A DNA stretch of 64,000 nucleotides from a virus: the IMG/VR virus record IMGVR_UViG_3300024265_000033, positions 1 to 64,000 of that record. One strand, written 5' to 3'. This document shows positions 37,428 to 46,775 of this stretch, piece after piece. The translations under genes and the position numbers were made by a program. Below the pieces are notes generated by a model, which was not told the origin of the DNA, did not search any database, and worked only from the letters and a program-made list of their open reading frames with translations. Position 1 is the stretch's first letter, and the number at the start of each line of letters is the position of its first letter.

Positions 37428-37572
37428 TGGTCCGAGAGGCAGGGATTCTCACCCATGCACCGTCGCCCTCATGCAAGGAGTATCCATCGCGGCGATCAAC
37501 CCTAGGACCTCTTCTCGCTTATAGACAACACACCCCCGAGTGGGATGCGCGTATATATTCCGCCACTCTCGG
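37428..37572 (-). ncRNA. tRNA-like RNA 1 (145 nt, CCA encoded, large internal insert)
   Basis: acceptor stem CCGAGAG/CTCTCGG + A + CCA; T8G9, D stem GCG/CGC; T arm GCA(T)GGG-TGAGAAT-CCCTGC; about 90 nt instead of anticodon/variable arms. Confidence 0.8.
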
Positions 37573-37578
37573 AATTAC

Positions 37579-37607
37579 AGTATCTCAAATTAGGGGGATT
37601 TTGTCAA
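37579..37607 (-). promoter_or_regulatory. sigma70-type promoter of tRNA-like RNA 1
   Basis: TTGACA-17 nt-GATACT with TG extension. Confidence 0.75.
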
Positions 37608-37631
37608 GGATAAAGCTGCGTCCCCTGTTTT

Positions 37632-37764
37632 TGAAAGAGACAGGATTCGATACCTGCAAACGCTGGACCTCATATAATAACCAGCATACATTTGATCGAA
37701 GGAGCTGCTAATAGCAACTTTGTCCCTGATCGCCTAAGGCGCGTTTATCTTTCGCCACTCTTTC
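37632..37764 (-). ncRNA. tRNA-like RNA 2 (133 nt, CCA not encoded, large internal insert)
   Basis: acceptor stem GAAAGAG/CTCTTTC + A; D stem GCG/CGC; T arm GCAGG-TATCGAAT-CCTGT; internal hairpins AGTTGCT/AGCAGCT and ATGCTGG/CCAGCGT. Confidence 0.8.
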
Positions 37765-37772
37765 TTAATTGC

Positions 37773-37801
37773 AATATCTCAAATATGGAGAGTTTTGTCA
37801 A
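37773..37801 (-). promoter_or_regulatory. sigma70-type promoter of tRNA-like RNA 2
   Basis: TTGACA-17 nt-GATATT with TG extension; near-copy of the RNA 1 promoter. Confidence 0.75.
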
Positions 37802-37804
37802 GTA

Positions 37805-38692
37805 CTATTGAACTTTTTCTTGGATGTATTCAGCCCAAGCTTCTTGGCCTATGAAAGTGACTGAGCCTCCGGGAAGGAGTCTGAATCCCGGCTTGAGTTC
37901 GATGACTTGGGAGCATCGCTCATTGGGATGTGTGGACATGGCCGTAGGCTGCCAATCTGCCGCCTTCTTGCCGTAATTGGAACCGTTGGATAAAAGCTCT
38001 GACATTCTGTATAGTTTTGGGCTACCGTCAGAATCCATATAAAACCTGCGACAATATTTACACAGGGCTGCGTCATTTTTGACAATCCGGTAGACGTACA
38101 CCTCTTTCATATCTTTGGTCGGGTTGTCATCCACAATGCGATCCACAGAACCGAGGCTTATTGCATTGCTCATTTCGGTGTTGACAATGCGGTCCCAATT
38201 GCGGTTTGCGTCCCTAGAATAGTCTCTGAGCTGGGTCTTCAACCCCCTAACGCTTTTATCCTTGGATAAGTCGTCTAATTTCTGTAGCTTATCGAATTTG
38301 AACTGATTATTTGTGTCACGAATATAGCCCTCTATTTGTGACAAAACATTGGTCTTTTGCTTCTCGATGAGATGCTTCATGTTGGAATGTAAATGATCCT
38401 TCGAAGCCTCGTGAGTGGCCGCGCCCGGGAGGGTCTGAACCTTCCTTTGCTGTGCTTTCATCTCCCCTACATTAGTAGGAGCTGTGAGCTTGCCGTGCTC
38501 GTTCAAATAATTATGATGATAAATTGCTTCCAAGACTGACTCTTCGCCTTTGAGATTTATGCCCGCTTCAATGAGTTTTCTGCGCTGATAGTCCGTGATG
38601 CCCTTCTTTCCGAGGGTGCCTACCAAGAGCCCAGCGTGATGCTTTTCTATAACGGCCTTGATTTTTGCTATTGTTTTTTCGTCAAGTACCAT
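37805..38692 (-). CDS. MuF/SPP1 gp7-like head morphogenesis protein
   Basis: RNWDRIVNTEMSNA, DAALCKYC, THPNERC; downstream of portal. Confidence 0.8.
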   Translation of the reverse strand: MVLDEKTIAKIKAVIEKHHAGLLVGTLGKKGITDYQRRKLIEAGINLKGEESVLEAIYHHNYLNEHGKLTAPTNVGEMKAQQRKVQTLPGAATHEASKDHLHSNMKHLIEKQKTNVLSQIEGYIRDTNNQFKFDKLQKLDDLSKDKSVRGLKTQLRDYSRDANRNWDRIVNTEMSNAISLGSVDRIVDDNPTKDMKEVYVYRIVKNDAALCKYCRRFYMDSDGSPKLYRMSELLSNGSNYGKKAADWQPTAMSTHPNERCSQVIELKPGFRLLPGGSVTFIGQEAWAEYIQEKVQ

Positions 38693-38901
38693 TACGCTTG
38701 CTCCAATAAGGCTTCGATCTCAGCCATCATGTCGGCCATGCGTTTACGGTAATCCGCTTTGAGGTCCGAAGCTAGATGCTCCATTACTGGATCTGGGAAT
38801 TGTTCGTTGTGAGTTCCGCCCGTGCGCTGAGCTTTAAGAGCCTTGAAGAGAAGATCTTCTGTTTCTTCTTGGGACTCGCCCTTCTCTAGAAAGATCTTCA
38901 T
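38692..38901 (-). CDS. small hypothetical protein
   Basis: 69 aa coupled to portal and MuF genes; LEKG, LFKA motifs. Confidence 0.6.
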   Translation of the reverse strand: MKIFLEKGESQEETEDLLFKALKAQRTGGTHNEQFPDPVMEHLASDLKADYRKRMADMMAEIEALLEQA

Positions 38902-38903
38902 CT

Positions 38904-40967
38904 TTACTCCTCATCGCCAATTTTGTACCATTCAACTTTGAGGGCTTTTTTGAGCTTGTTATCTTTGGGACCCAGTTCTTCTTGCACGTTAGAAACTTCC
39001 TCGTTAATGGACTCATCTTGAGCTTGCATTGAATCTTCTTGTCCCTGAACTTGGGCTTGTGTGGCTTCTTCTTCTTTATTGGCATCCTCTTGCATAGCGT
39101 CGCTCATGCCTTGAATGTCTTGGTTCTTTTGGTCTTCCTTTTTATTGGCATCGTCTTCAATAGAGCTTGTCATATCACTCAGTTCCTGATTACCTTGCAT
39201 TTCTTTTTGCATCTTCTTTCCATCCGGATGGAATTGACTGAACCACATGAAATACACTTGATCTAAAATCAACTCATCGCATCCCGGCCAAGGAGGTAAT
39301 CCGTCTTCTGCGCGAATCTCGTTAACGGATTTCTTGAACTTGATCTCTTCTTTTTGACGGTCGAGAGTTTCTTTGGAAGACTCTTCTCCTACGCCTACGA
39401 AGGTAAGCTTGTAGTCTGGGTCGATCTTATCCACAACATGCTTATTTAGGTACCGCTCCAAGAACTTCAGAAGTGGGATCAAGCCTTTGTTTTTAGAGGC
39501 TGTGAACTTCTCTGAAGTGTTATCTCCAGAAAGACTTCCGCCAGTTCCCCCTTCTTCTTTCATACCGAATCCAATTTCGAGGGGATCGATCTGATAGACA
39601 GAGCACATTAATTTGATGAGGTAATTCATCCAATTCGTGAATTCCATATCAGAATGATTCTGAGTAAGGGGAATCCATTTTACTTCATCCATACCAGAAA
39701 GGATGGGAGTTTGGAAAGAGTTCTTATTGCCCTTAATCATATGCTGCCATTGAACTCTGAGCGATTCTAGTTTCCTGCGATTCAGAGGAGCTTTGACGTG
39801 CAAGATACCTTTAGAAGAAAACCCCTGAGTGAAATAAGATTTGTTGTAATTCTCAGTGAAGATGTGACTGGTAATAATTGCAAGGAGAACCTCTAGTTCG
39901 GATACGGAATATCCGTTTGCATACAAATTCGTAGTAGGATTTCTCATACCCACAAACATCTCGTCGGGAGTGAAAGCTCGTATGATTTTTCCTCTAACTA
40001 CTTGAACGTATTTGTAATCATCATTTTCTAATTTTTCGTCATCAAGCTCTAGGGCGTCTCTTTGCTCTGACATGGCCCTGAGTTCTTTTTCCGGAAACAA
40101 AAGATCATAGCCGGGTTGTTGCAGATCCATCTCATTATATTTTCTGAGCGAAGGGGTAGAATATCGAATAGTCCCGCCATCTACCGGTACCCAGTGATGT
40201 GGACGATTGGCATTATCCGGAATCATTTCAGTTCCGATTTGATCGTAAGTAAGAGAATCGCGCACAATGGCTCTTAAATAAGCATCGAAATCCCAGCGTT
40301 GAGACTCCCATGGACGGTCTTCTTTCCTCCCACAATTTAGAATCATGTTCTCAATTTCTTTCACGCGGGCGCGTGTTTGCTTGTGGAGTTCTTTTTTGGC
40401 CATTCGAATCATCTCTTTTTCGGATAATTCGCCATCCTTGTCTTTATCTGCGTCGTCTTCTGCTTCGGGATTCTTATCTATTCCGTCTACGGCATCTCCA
40501 ACTTCGTCGTTGTCCTCAAGCATTTTTTTGCCAGATTCGTAGGGATCTTTACCCGCCGATTTAGGATCTTTGAGATCTCCGTATTTCTCCGGAAACATCG
40601 TTTTGAGCATTTCCTGTAATTTTTCGTCCTCATCTTTGAGCTTGATTTTGAAACCTTTGTCGTGTTGTAGCTCGGCAGGACAGGCGTGAGCTGCGACTTT
40701 GTTTTGATAGGTTTGAATGATAGTCGCAATAATGGTATTTTTGCGGCTCATATGCTGTAGGTTATCGTAGGAGAGTCTATTGGCTTTTTCCTGATACCCC
40801 ATCACTCCCGAAGAATATGTGATATCTCGGTAAATAGATTTACGATAAAAGGCGTTGTCTTCCTCTTGTGACATCTCAGACCGGGCTTTAGACACATATC
40901 GATCTAGAGCTACTTCCGTAGCCTGAGCGATTTTTTGAAAAATTGTAGGCTTTTCGTTCTTATCCAT
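38904..40967 (-). CDS. portal protein
   Basis: 687 aa; IVRDSLTYDQ, VDGGTIR, GYSVSELE, YFTQG...KGIL, DMEF..W..YLI, IDPLEIGF, SKNKGLIPLL, SVNEIR. Confidence 0.93.
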   Translation of the reverse strand: MDKNEKPTIFQKIAQATEVALDRYVSKARSEMSQEEDNAFYRKSIYRDITYSSGVMGYQEKANRLSYDNLQHMSRKNTIIATIIQTYQNKVAAHACPAELQHDKGFKIKLKDEDEKLQEMLKTMFPEKYGDLKDPKSAGKDPYESGKKMLEDNDEVGDAVDGIDKNPEAEDDADKDKDGELSEKEMIRMAKKELHKQTRARVKEIENMILNCGRKEDRPWESQRWDFDAYLRAIVRDSLTYDQIGTEMIPDNANRPHHWVPVDGGTIRYSTPSLRKYNEMDLQQPGYDLLFPEKELRAMSEQRDALELDDEKLENDDYKYVQVVRGKIIRAFTPDEMFVGMRNPTTNLYANGYSVSELEVLLAIITSHIFTENYNKSYFTQGFSSKGILHVKAPLNRRKLESLRVQWQHMIKGNKNSFQTPILSGMDEVKWIPLTQNHSDMEFTNWMNYLIKLMCSVYQIDPLEIGFGMKEEGGTGGSLSGDNTSEKFTASKNKGLIPLLKFLERYLNKHVVDKIDPDYKLTFVGVGEESSKETLDRQKEEIKFKKSVNEIRAEDGLPPWPGCDELILDQVYFMWFSQFHPDGKKMQKEMQGNQELSDMTSSIEDDANKKEDQKNQDIQGMSDAMQEDANKEEEATQAQVQGQEDSMQAQDESINEEVSNVQEELGPKDNKLKKALKVEWYKIGDEE

Positions 40968-40981
40968 GTTCCCTCTACCTA

Positions 40982-41362
40982 TTATTTATCAGCCGTAACA
41001 ATATCTACATTTGCCGCCGAGCCCGATGCGTTGGAAAGCAACAAGGCGGTGACATCACCTCTTGAGTAATATACTGCAGTTTTGGTTCCTGCAGCTCTGG
41101 GTTTCAATGTAATAGAATCTCCGCTTCCGTTTAATTTGATTGAAATTTCTTGATCCGTGAGAATTAAAAGATATTCGGTATTTGCAGAAGGAAGTTCAAT
41201 GACTTGATCTACGGTTGAATCTGCTACTGAAATCTGACAGCGTTTTACGCCCGTGATGGAATCTTCCGAAGTTCGGTTTTTAACTTTTGTGGCATCTGCC
41301 GGATCATTGGTTGGCGAGGCGTTATCGTAGGCCAAAAAATCTATCAAAACATCCAATCTCAT
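40982..41362 (-). CDS. virion structural protein
   Basis: 126 aa beta-rich, between terminase and portal. Confidence 0.55.
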   Translation of the reverse strand: MRLDVLIDFLAYDNASPTNDPADATKVKNRTSEDSITGVKRCQISVADSTVDQVIELPSANTEYLLILTDQEISIKLNGSGDSITLKPRAAGTKTAVYYSRGDVTALLLSNASGSAANVDIVTADK

Positions 41363-41431
41363 CTTTAATCTCCCAATCTAGGTTACTCTAATTCTACCAT
41401 AATAGCAAGTTTAGGACCAAGGCAGTCGGGT

Positions 41432-43258
41432 TTAGAAGGAAAAATCCGCTCCGCCTTCATTCCCGCCTTCCGGCTCTTCGTCCTCTAATTCACTAATATG
41501 CTTCCATTCTCCTGTTTCCTTATCCTTGATCCATTCTTTTGAGTTATCTACGAACGCGGTCCCGTACATAGGCGCGAGCATTTCTGGGGTAGGGGCGTCA
41601 AAAGCTCTACCCGTGGCATCCGTCCTGATTTCCGGCCCTTCGGACCCAGCCACATCTCCCTCTGCGATTCCTAAGGCATTGAGATCGTAGGTCAAAATGA
41701 ACACTGATACGGCCAAGGCGTCAGAACAGTCATCACTTCCTCCGGGAGGGTGTCCTATGCGGACGGTGCCCGTCGCGGTCTGCTCGACCTGTAATTGCTT
41801 GATTTCGTTCGACTGGAGTTCGTAGTCAAGTAAGTCAATCCTTTGGTTGTGGATCACGTTCTTCAAGTTGAAGTAAATCTGCTTTTTGAAGGTATTCGTA
41901 AACGGCTTCTCGATCAAAGTCACACCATATTGCTCAAATATTTCCCGCAGGGGCTGGAAGGAGAATTGGTCGGCATGGACCCGGGTGATGCCATATTCCT
42001 TGCAAATATTTCGAATATATTCCGCAACTATCTTAGATTTAACAGGTTTTAATCTGGAGCCCTTCCAAGTTTTCACGACATACTGCTTCATTTTATGGCC
42101 GTCATAACCTACCAAAGTGAAGGCGAACCTATCCCCCTTAAAGGCAGCATCAATGGAGGCGCAATACACCACGTCAGAGTTACGGGGTTCCGGGACTTCG
42201 AAAGTCTTGCCTTTGATCGTACAAAGATCCACGAATTCTGGCATGATGAAATTCGAAATGGAGTCAACGAAATTGGCTCGATACTCGGCGTCAAACCCGA
42301 CCGGATCTAGAATGTATTCATCTTTGAACTCGTTTTCCATCAAGATCGTATTCCAGACCCAAGACGGAGCTTTGAGCGTCAGGTAACTTTTGGGCAGTTC
42401 GTCCTTTCGCATGAACTCATCGTAGAGAATCCCTTGCTTGATTCCCGGAGAAGAAAGCTTGATTAAAAGCCCGTGTTCCCGGAACTGGAGTAGGGCGGGT
42501 CGGGCAGCTCGAAGGATGTCTACATCCCGCTCCGCCGCGTTCTCGTCTAGGTTCCAATACGCGATCTCGTCACAAAGTAGGGCGCAAATAGCTTGTCCCC
42601 GGACGTTCTTTTTATTGGCGGTACCCACTTTGATCCGGACCAAAGAATTCACGATTTTTCCCTTTTCTATAAAAGGGATTTTGAGGTTGAAAATTGATTG
42701 GGTCTGCTTCTCCTTCTTGTCAATGAGACGGGCCAAGATAGGGGAGCTTTCCATAAAGTGTTTAATTAATTCGAGAACTTCATCTGAGAACTCTCTGGAG
42801 TGGGAGAGAATCACGACTGCCGCTTTTTTGTTCTTTTTCAGATACGGCTTCCAGTTCATTTTGATGGCACAGTAAATTGCCAGCATAGCGGAAATGGTAG
42901 TCTTTCCCCCCCGTCGTCCTACGATGAGATTGATTCTATTACGCTCGGATTGGTACTCTGGCTGATATTCTTTATCAGTCATGAACTTGAAAAGATCGAC
43001 CTCAGTCATCTGGATCTTTTCTAGGGCAAAATTTCCATCCGGATCTTTACATTCCATCCAGACGTAATGTGGAGTAATCGGGTCAAGCTCTTGTCCGAAG
43101 ACGCATTTCAGGGCCACTACCTGCGCGGGCGTGGGCTCGAAATCCATGAAAATCTTACTTTCAATAAAAAACCCTAAGGGATCTTCTTGAATTTGTTCGA
43201 GATAATCGTTAAATGCTAGGGCGAATTCCTTATCGCTCTTGAATTCAATCTTCTCCAT
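41432..43258 (-). CDS. terL: terminase large subunit
   Basis: Walker A VGRRGGKT, Walker B LLCDE, motif III LSSP, nuclease SIDAA...SDDCSDA. Confidence 0.95.
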   Translation of the reverse strand: MEKIEFKSDKEFALAFNDYLEQIQEDPLGFFIESKIFMDFEPTPAQVVALKCVFGQELDPITPHYVWMECKDPDGNFALEKIQMTEVDLFKFMTDKEYQPEYQSERNRINLIVGRRGGKTTISAMLAIYCAIKMNWKPYLKKNKKAAVVILSHSREFSDEVLELIKHFMESSPILARLIDKKEKQTQSIFNLKIPFIEKGKIVNSLVRIKVGTANKKNVRGQAICALLCDEIAYWNLDENAAERDVDILRAARPALLQFREHGLLIKLSSPGIKQGILYDEFMRKDELPKSYLTLKAPSWVWNTILMENEFKDEYILDPVGFDAEYRANFVDSISNFIMPEFVDLCTIKGKTFEVPEPRNSDVVYCASIDAAFKGDRFAFTLVGYDGHKMKQYVVKTWKGSRLKPVKSKIVAEYIRNICKEYGITRVHADQFSFQPLREIFEQYGVTLIEKPFTNTFKKQIYFNLKNVIHNQRIDLLDYELQSNEIKQLQVEQTATGTVRIGHPPGGSDDCSDALAVSVFILTYDLNALGIAEGDVAGSEGPEIRTDATGRAFDAPTPEMLAPMYGTAFVDNSKEWIKDKETGEWKHISELEDEEPEGGNEGGADFSF

Positions 43259-43553
43259 TCCTATCCTTCTTCAATTCTTTAGCCACATCTGCGTAGATCG
43301 GGTCGTTTGGTGCGGGCAATTTGTGGACGTCTGCCAGCCTTTTATGTAAATAAGTTACTTTTTCGGGCGGTTTTTTATGTTTTATTACACATTTATCGCC
43401 CCACTTGACGACTTCAACCCGGAGCCCGCATACGCATCGGGCTTTCCAAGTCACGGGACCTTTCGTTTTCATAGTGATTCTGGAATCGCATCCTATTTCC
43501 ATGCGCTGCCCTGTATGCTCGCACGAGAATCCGAATCTAAATTGTGTTCCCAT
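43245..43553 (-). CDS. hypothetical Zn-binding protein
   Basis: CEH...CVC; overlaps terL start. Confidence 0.5.
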   Translation of the reverse strand: MGTQFRFGFSCEHTGQRMEIGCDSRITMKTKGPVTWKARCVCGLRVEVVKWGDKCVIKHKKPPEKVTYLHKRLADVHKLPAPNDPIYADVAKELKKDRNGED

Positions 43554-43600
43554 ATTTAACCCCGTTTACTTCTATGGAAAAAACCGCGAAAATTTGAAAA

Positions 43601-44011
43601 TCAGACCTTTTTAGTCTTCTTTTTCTTCGTGGCTTTCTTCTTAGTCGCTTTTTTCTTCGTTACTTTTTTCTTAGTCGCTTTTTTCTTAGCCGGAGCCTTC
43701 TTCTTTTTGGCAGGTTCTCTGGTGAGAAAAGAACTCACTAAAAGTGATTTAGAGGCATCCGGATTCATACCCGCACTTAGCGGTCTATGAATACATAAAG
43801 CTCCCTCGGCCCCATACTTGATATCCGAACTGCAAGCTTCCAAAGCTGCCGCCAGTTGACGGTATTCTTTTTCCGTGGGGAATTTCCCCTTACATTTTAC
43901 GCTCAGAGAAGTCGCGGAAAAGTCTTCCACTAAAATAGTCTTGGACATCCGTTCTCTTGTTGCGTCACGCAACATTGGACTGAGTCGGCCCCATTTATTT
44001 TCCTTCTTCAT
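43601..44011 (-). CDS. protein with histone H1-like Lys-rich tail
   Basis: ends PAKKKKAPAKKKATKKKVTKKKATKKKATKKKKTKKV; GGAGG RBS at ATG 44011. Confidence 0.65.
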   Translation of the reverse strand: MKKENKWGRLSPMLRDATRERMSKTILVEDFSATSLSVKCKGKFPTEKEYRQLAAALEACSSDIKYGAEGALCIHRPLSAGMNPDASKSLLVSSFLTREPAKKKKAPAKKKATKKKVTKKKATKKKATKKKKTKKV

Positions 44012-44480
44012 TTGGAAATCCTCCTCCCACCGCATCGAAGAAAACACACGTCGGATCGTGTTTCATCTCCAGATCAATTCTCTCGGCAGCTTGTGGTGTA
44101 AAAGCTATGTAATAGAGAAAGAAAGCCTGCGGCCCTTCTTCTTCTCCTTGATAAAATAAGTCGAATTTTAGTGCAGTAGAGAGTTGCCCTACGACTTTGT
44201 AGGCCATACAAACATCATTGACTTTTTCAGCCAATTTTTTGGCTCCGCCTTCGATATCAATGGCTGGGTGTTTGATTCCTATATATCGAACCATATAGTC
44301 CGAACCCATCGTCTGCGTGACGGATCTGGCGTCGAGTTCTTTTTTCACAGATTCCCAAAGGAGATCTTTGACCGCCCAATCTATATCATCGACTCGTAGA
44401 GGTGATCCCTCTACAGATTCTTTTTTCAGTGCTTCGATACATTTTTCAGCATCGTCCAAAGCTTTACTTTCTTTTTTCAT
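43995..44480 (-). CDS. hypothetical protein
   Basis: 161 aa tiling ORF. Confidence 0.6.
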   Translation of the reverse strand: MKKESKALDDAEKCIEALKKESVEGSPLRVDDIDWAVKDLLWESVKKELDARSVTQTMGSDYMVRYIGIKHPAIDIEGGAKKLAEKVNDVCMAYKVVGQLSTALKFDLFYQGEEEGPQAFFLYYIAFTPQAAERIDLEMKHDPTCVFFDAVGGGFPNEEGK

Positions 44481-44907
44481 AATCTCTTCCTTCTACCGGC
44501 CCTGCGACCTTGATCTTTTTCGGTTTTTCTAGCAAAATTCCTAGGTGGGCATGGCAATAAAGCGTCCCATCCGGATTAAATATGAGCCTAAAGGGCTCAT
44601 CTACTATTGTAACAGCTCCTTCGACGGTATTCTTTACGGCCTTCAACTTACCATCAAATGGTAAAAAGGTCTTACCTTGGTACTTAAGTCCTCGGAATTT
44701 AACTGTATCCCCCGCATGAAAGCGGTCGTAGGTGGGAATTTCTCGGGGTCTGCCCTTCCCAATCTCGATATTCAAGGACCCGCATTGGGCATTGGTACAT
44801 TTTTCCGCCTTGGAAGCGATCCAAGTATGATGGCACCGATTACATGTGAATTTCTCTACAATGAGGGTGTTCTTTTTACTACGAAGTTTCTTTTTTTTCT
44901 TAGCCAT
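44464..44907 (-). CDS. Zn-ribbon protein
   Basis: CNRCHHTW...CTNAQCGS. Confidence 0.55.
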   Translation of the reverse strand: MAKKKKKLRSKKNTLIVEKFTCNRCHHTWIASKAEKCTNAQCGSLNIEIGKGRPREIPTYDRFHAGDTVKFRGLKYQGKTFLPFDGKLKAVKNTVEGAVTIVDEPFRLIFNPDGTLYCHAHLGILLEKPKKIKVAGPVEGRDYEKRK

Positions 44908-45154
44908 TTTCCGGCTCCCATTCGTTAATCTTAGAAGGCTCTTGAAGCCACTGAGAATAAGTAATGCCCCGTTCATTCCAATCATGAGGTCTGGAATAGC
45001 CGGGAGGTATCATACCTTTTTCTTCAGCTTTTTTCAAAACATTCTCAGCTATTTGAAAAGCATATTCGAGTCCTATCTTGGTTCTAGGACCGTCCCAAGA
45101 ATATTCTCCACATATTTCGTCTGCCAAAATTTCAACCATTTTACTGCGCTTCAT
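44900..45154 (-). CDS. hypothetical protein
   Basis: MKRSKM...AEEKGMIPP...NEWEPE small phage protein pattern. Confidence 0.6.
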   Translation of the reverse strand: MKRSKMVEILADEICGEYSWDGPRTKIGLEYAFQIAENVLKKAEEKGMIPPGYSRPHDWNERGITYSQWLQEPSKINEWEPENG

Positions 45155-45567
45155 TATTCTTCTTCCATATCCATAAGTTTTTTACGATCCCTGAGTTCCT
45201 TTTCCCGGATGAGTTGCTCCTTGGGGCTCAGTTTCCGGCCCAAAGCGTCCCTAGTGAAATCGGGCTCTTCGTCTGCGCGTGGGATATTCCCACTTGGGGG
45301 TTCCCCCTCCATAAGCTTGGTATCGATAATGGCTAGGCATTCGAGTAGACTTTTGATGTCCAGACGCCATAGGGCTGCCATGGGCTGCTTTAGAATCTCC
45401 GTGACCTTGTCTTCTTGCTCGTCAATCCTGTGGTAGAGATCTCCATGCTGCTCCCTATATGCTTCCAGATAAGCAGAATTGGCATCAATCTCTCTTTGAA
45501 TAATCAAGAGCTGGCGTTCGATGGATTTCCGAAATTCTGTGAGATTTAATCTTTCAGTTTCTTTCAT
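45154..45567 (-). CDS. hypothetical helical protein
   Basis: 137 aa coiled coil; AAGGAG RBS. Confidence 0.6.
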   Translation of the reverse strand: MKETERLNLTEFRKSIERQLLIIQREIDANSAYLEAYREQHGDLYHRIDEQEDKVTEILKQPMAALWRLDIKSLLECLAIIDTKLMEGEPPSGNIPRADEEPDFTRDALGRKLSPKEQLIREKELRDRKKLMDMEEE

Positions 45568-45803
45568 TTTTGCTCCTTGGAATTTTCGAGACGATCCGCG
45601 TAATAATGCTTGAAACCCTTAGGCCCCAGCTTAACTTCTTCAAGAATGCCCTCGTAGATTCCAATCAATCCATAAGACATAAAAATACAAATTGTGTAAG
45701 CGAATCCAATGGTGTTTACTAACATAATCAGCCCGTAAACTAGAGCTGCACAAGCCGCTAATGCCCCAACCATAATCCCTATGACTTTTAGATGATCTTT
45801 CAT
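45564..45803 (-). CDS. small membrane protein (2 TM)
   Basis: 79 aa with two hydrophobic helices. Confidence 0.55.
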   Translation of the reverse strand: MKDHLKVIGIMVGALAACAALVYGLIMLVNTIGFAYTICIFMSYGLIGIYEGILEEVKLGPKGFKHYYADRLENSKEQK

Positions 45804-46042
45804 TCTCCGTCTCCTTCGACGTACCCGGCTACAACCCGATTACAAAACCCATGGGCTAGGGCTCTGTGAGATCCATTCAAGACGCGGTACTCGCCCGTAG
45901 GCAAATGCCTTACTTGGATCGGCGGAAACTCGGCACCGTCCTTTAACTCTCTAATGAATTTCAATAGTTTATTGACATCCACTTTGGACTGATACTTGAG
46001 TTCTAAAGGCTTAAAATAGATGTCACTCATCACAATGGCCAA
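45800..46042 (-). CDS. minimal ParB/Srx-like domain protein
   Basis: FPPIQV...YRVLNGSHRALA. Confidence 0.65.
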   Translation of the reverse strand: MAIVMSDIYFKPLELKYQSKVDVNKLLKFIRELKDGAEFPPIQVRHLPTGEYRVLNGSHRALAHGFCNRVVAGYVEGDGE

Positions 46043-46221
46043 TCAATTTCGTCATATTTTTCTTGGAGCTTCTCGAATTCGTCTAAGAGAGTCCGGATAT
46101 CCTTCACAGCCCATCCAGCTCGCATGTGGTCTGGTTTAGGGGTAGGTGGGTCGTTACAGCCTGCGCGATCCCATTTTTCGGCCCACTCTAATCTTTCTCT
46201 AATTTGCTCTATTTTGCTCAT
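46030..46221 (-). CDS. hypothetical protein
   Basis: 63 aa; AVKDIRTLLDE (Ead/Ea22-like pattern). Confidence 0.5.
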   Translation of the reverse strand: MSKIEQIRERLEWAEKWDRAGCNDPPTPKPDHMRAGWAVKDIRTLLDEFEKLQEKYDEIDWPL

Positions 46222-46490
46222 TTTTTCTCCTTAATTATTTTAAGGAAATCTTCTTTTGCATTGAAAAATATAGACACAGTGTCAGCATTTGGGCATTTAG
46301 TTAAATGCGCATGGTACCGGATGCCCACTTCTTCTATAAAAGCAGAACTTACATAGCCTGAACATCCCCGAAAAAATCCTTTGACAACCTCTACGGCATC
46401 GTTATATTTGAATTTAGGTTCTGACTTGGGCTCAGGTACCGGAGTGTTACACCCAACCATTAAAAGCGCGATCAGTATTAGCTTTTTCAT
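46218..46490 (-). CDS. putative lipoprotein
   Basis: MKKLILIALLMVGC lipobox, small SH3/KOW-like domain. Confidence 0.65.
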   Translation of the reverse strand: MKKLILIALLMVGCNTPVPEPKSEPKFKYNDAVEVVKGFFRGCSGYVSSAFIEEVGIRYHAHLTKCPNADTVSIFFNAKEDFLKIIKEKK

Positions 46491-46684
46491 TTTTTCTCCA
46501 ACTTATAAATCTCAATAAAGGTATCCCGGTCCATGTCACCGAGTTCGAGCCGGGAAAGTTGATTGACCATGGCCAAAATACTAAATACCCGATCTTTCTC
46601 TACAATGCCTGTGAGCATTCTGACGGTCTGGGGGAAGGATTCTTTCCCGTCTAGGTAATCTTGAAAGAGGTCTTTAATCGTCAT
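46487..46684 (-). CDS. hypothetical protein
   Basis: 65 aa, ATGA overlaps. Confidence 0.5.
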   Translation of the reverse strand: MTIKDLFQDYLDGKESFPQTVRMLTGIVEKDRVFSILAMVNQLSRLELGDMDRDTFIEIYKLEKK

Positions 46685-46775
46685 TTTAGCTCCTGTTCGA
46701 CAGATCCGTCCTTGTACACTATTCTGATATCTAACCCGGTCCGAACGAAAGTAATTTCAATATGATCTATTTCTT

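Noticed and set aside
37428-37764. Ordinary tRNAs, intron-containing tRNAs or tmRNA
   Set aside because: No 5-bp stem / 7-nt anticodon loop could be reconstituted by eye; inserts are far too short for group I introns and the RNAs too short for tmRNA; D-loop GG absent
38904-43258. Inteins or introns in terminase or portal
   Set aside because: Frames are uninterrupted and no intein splice or homing-endonuclease motifs were seen
45154-45567. Terminase small subunit (shares a short DA.GR motif with the TerL C-terminus)
   Set aside because: No HTH or family motif recognised, and the similarity is too short to be significant
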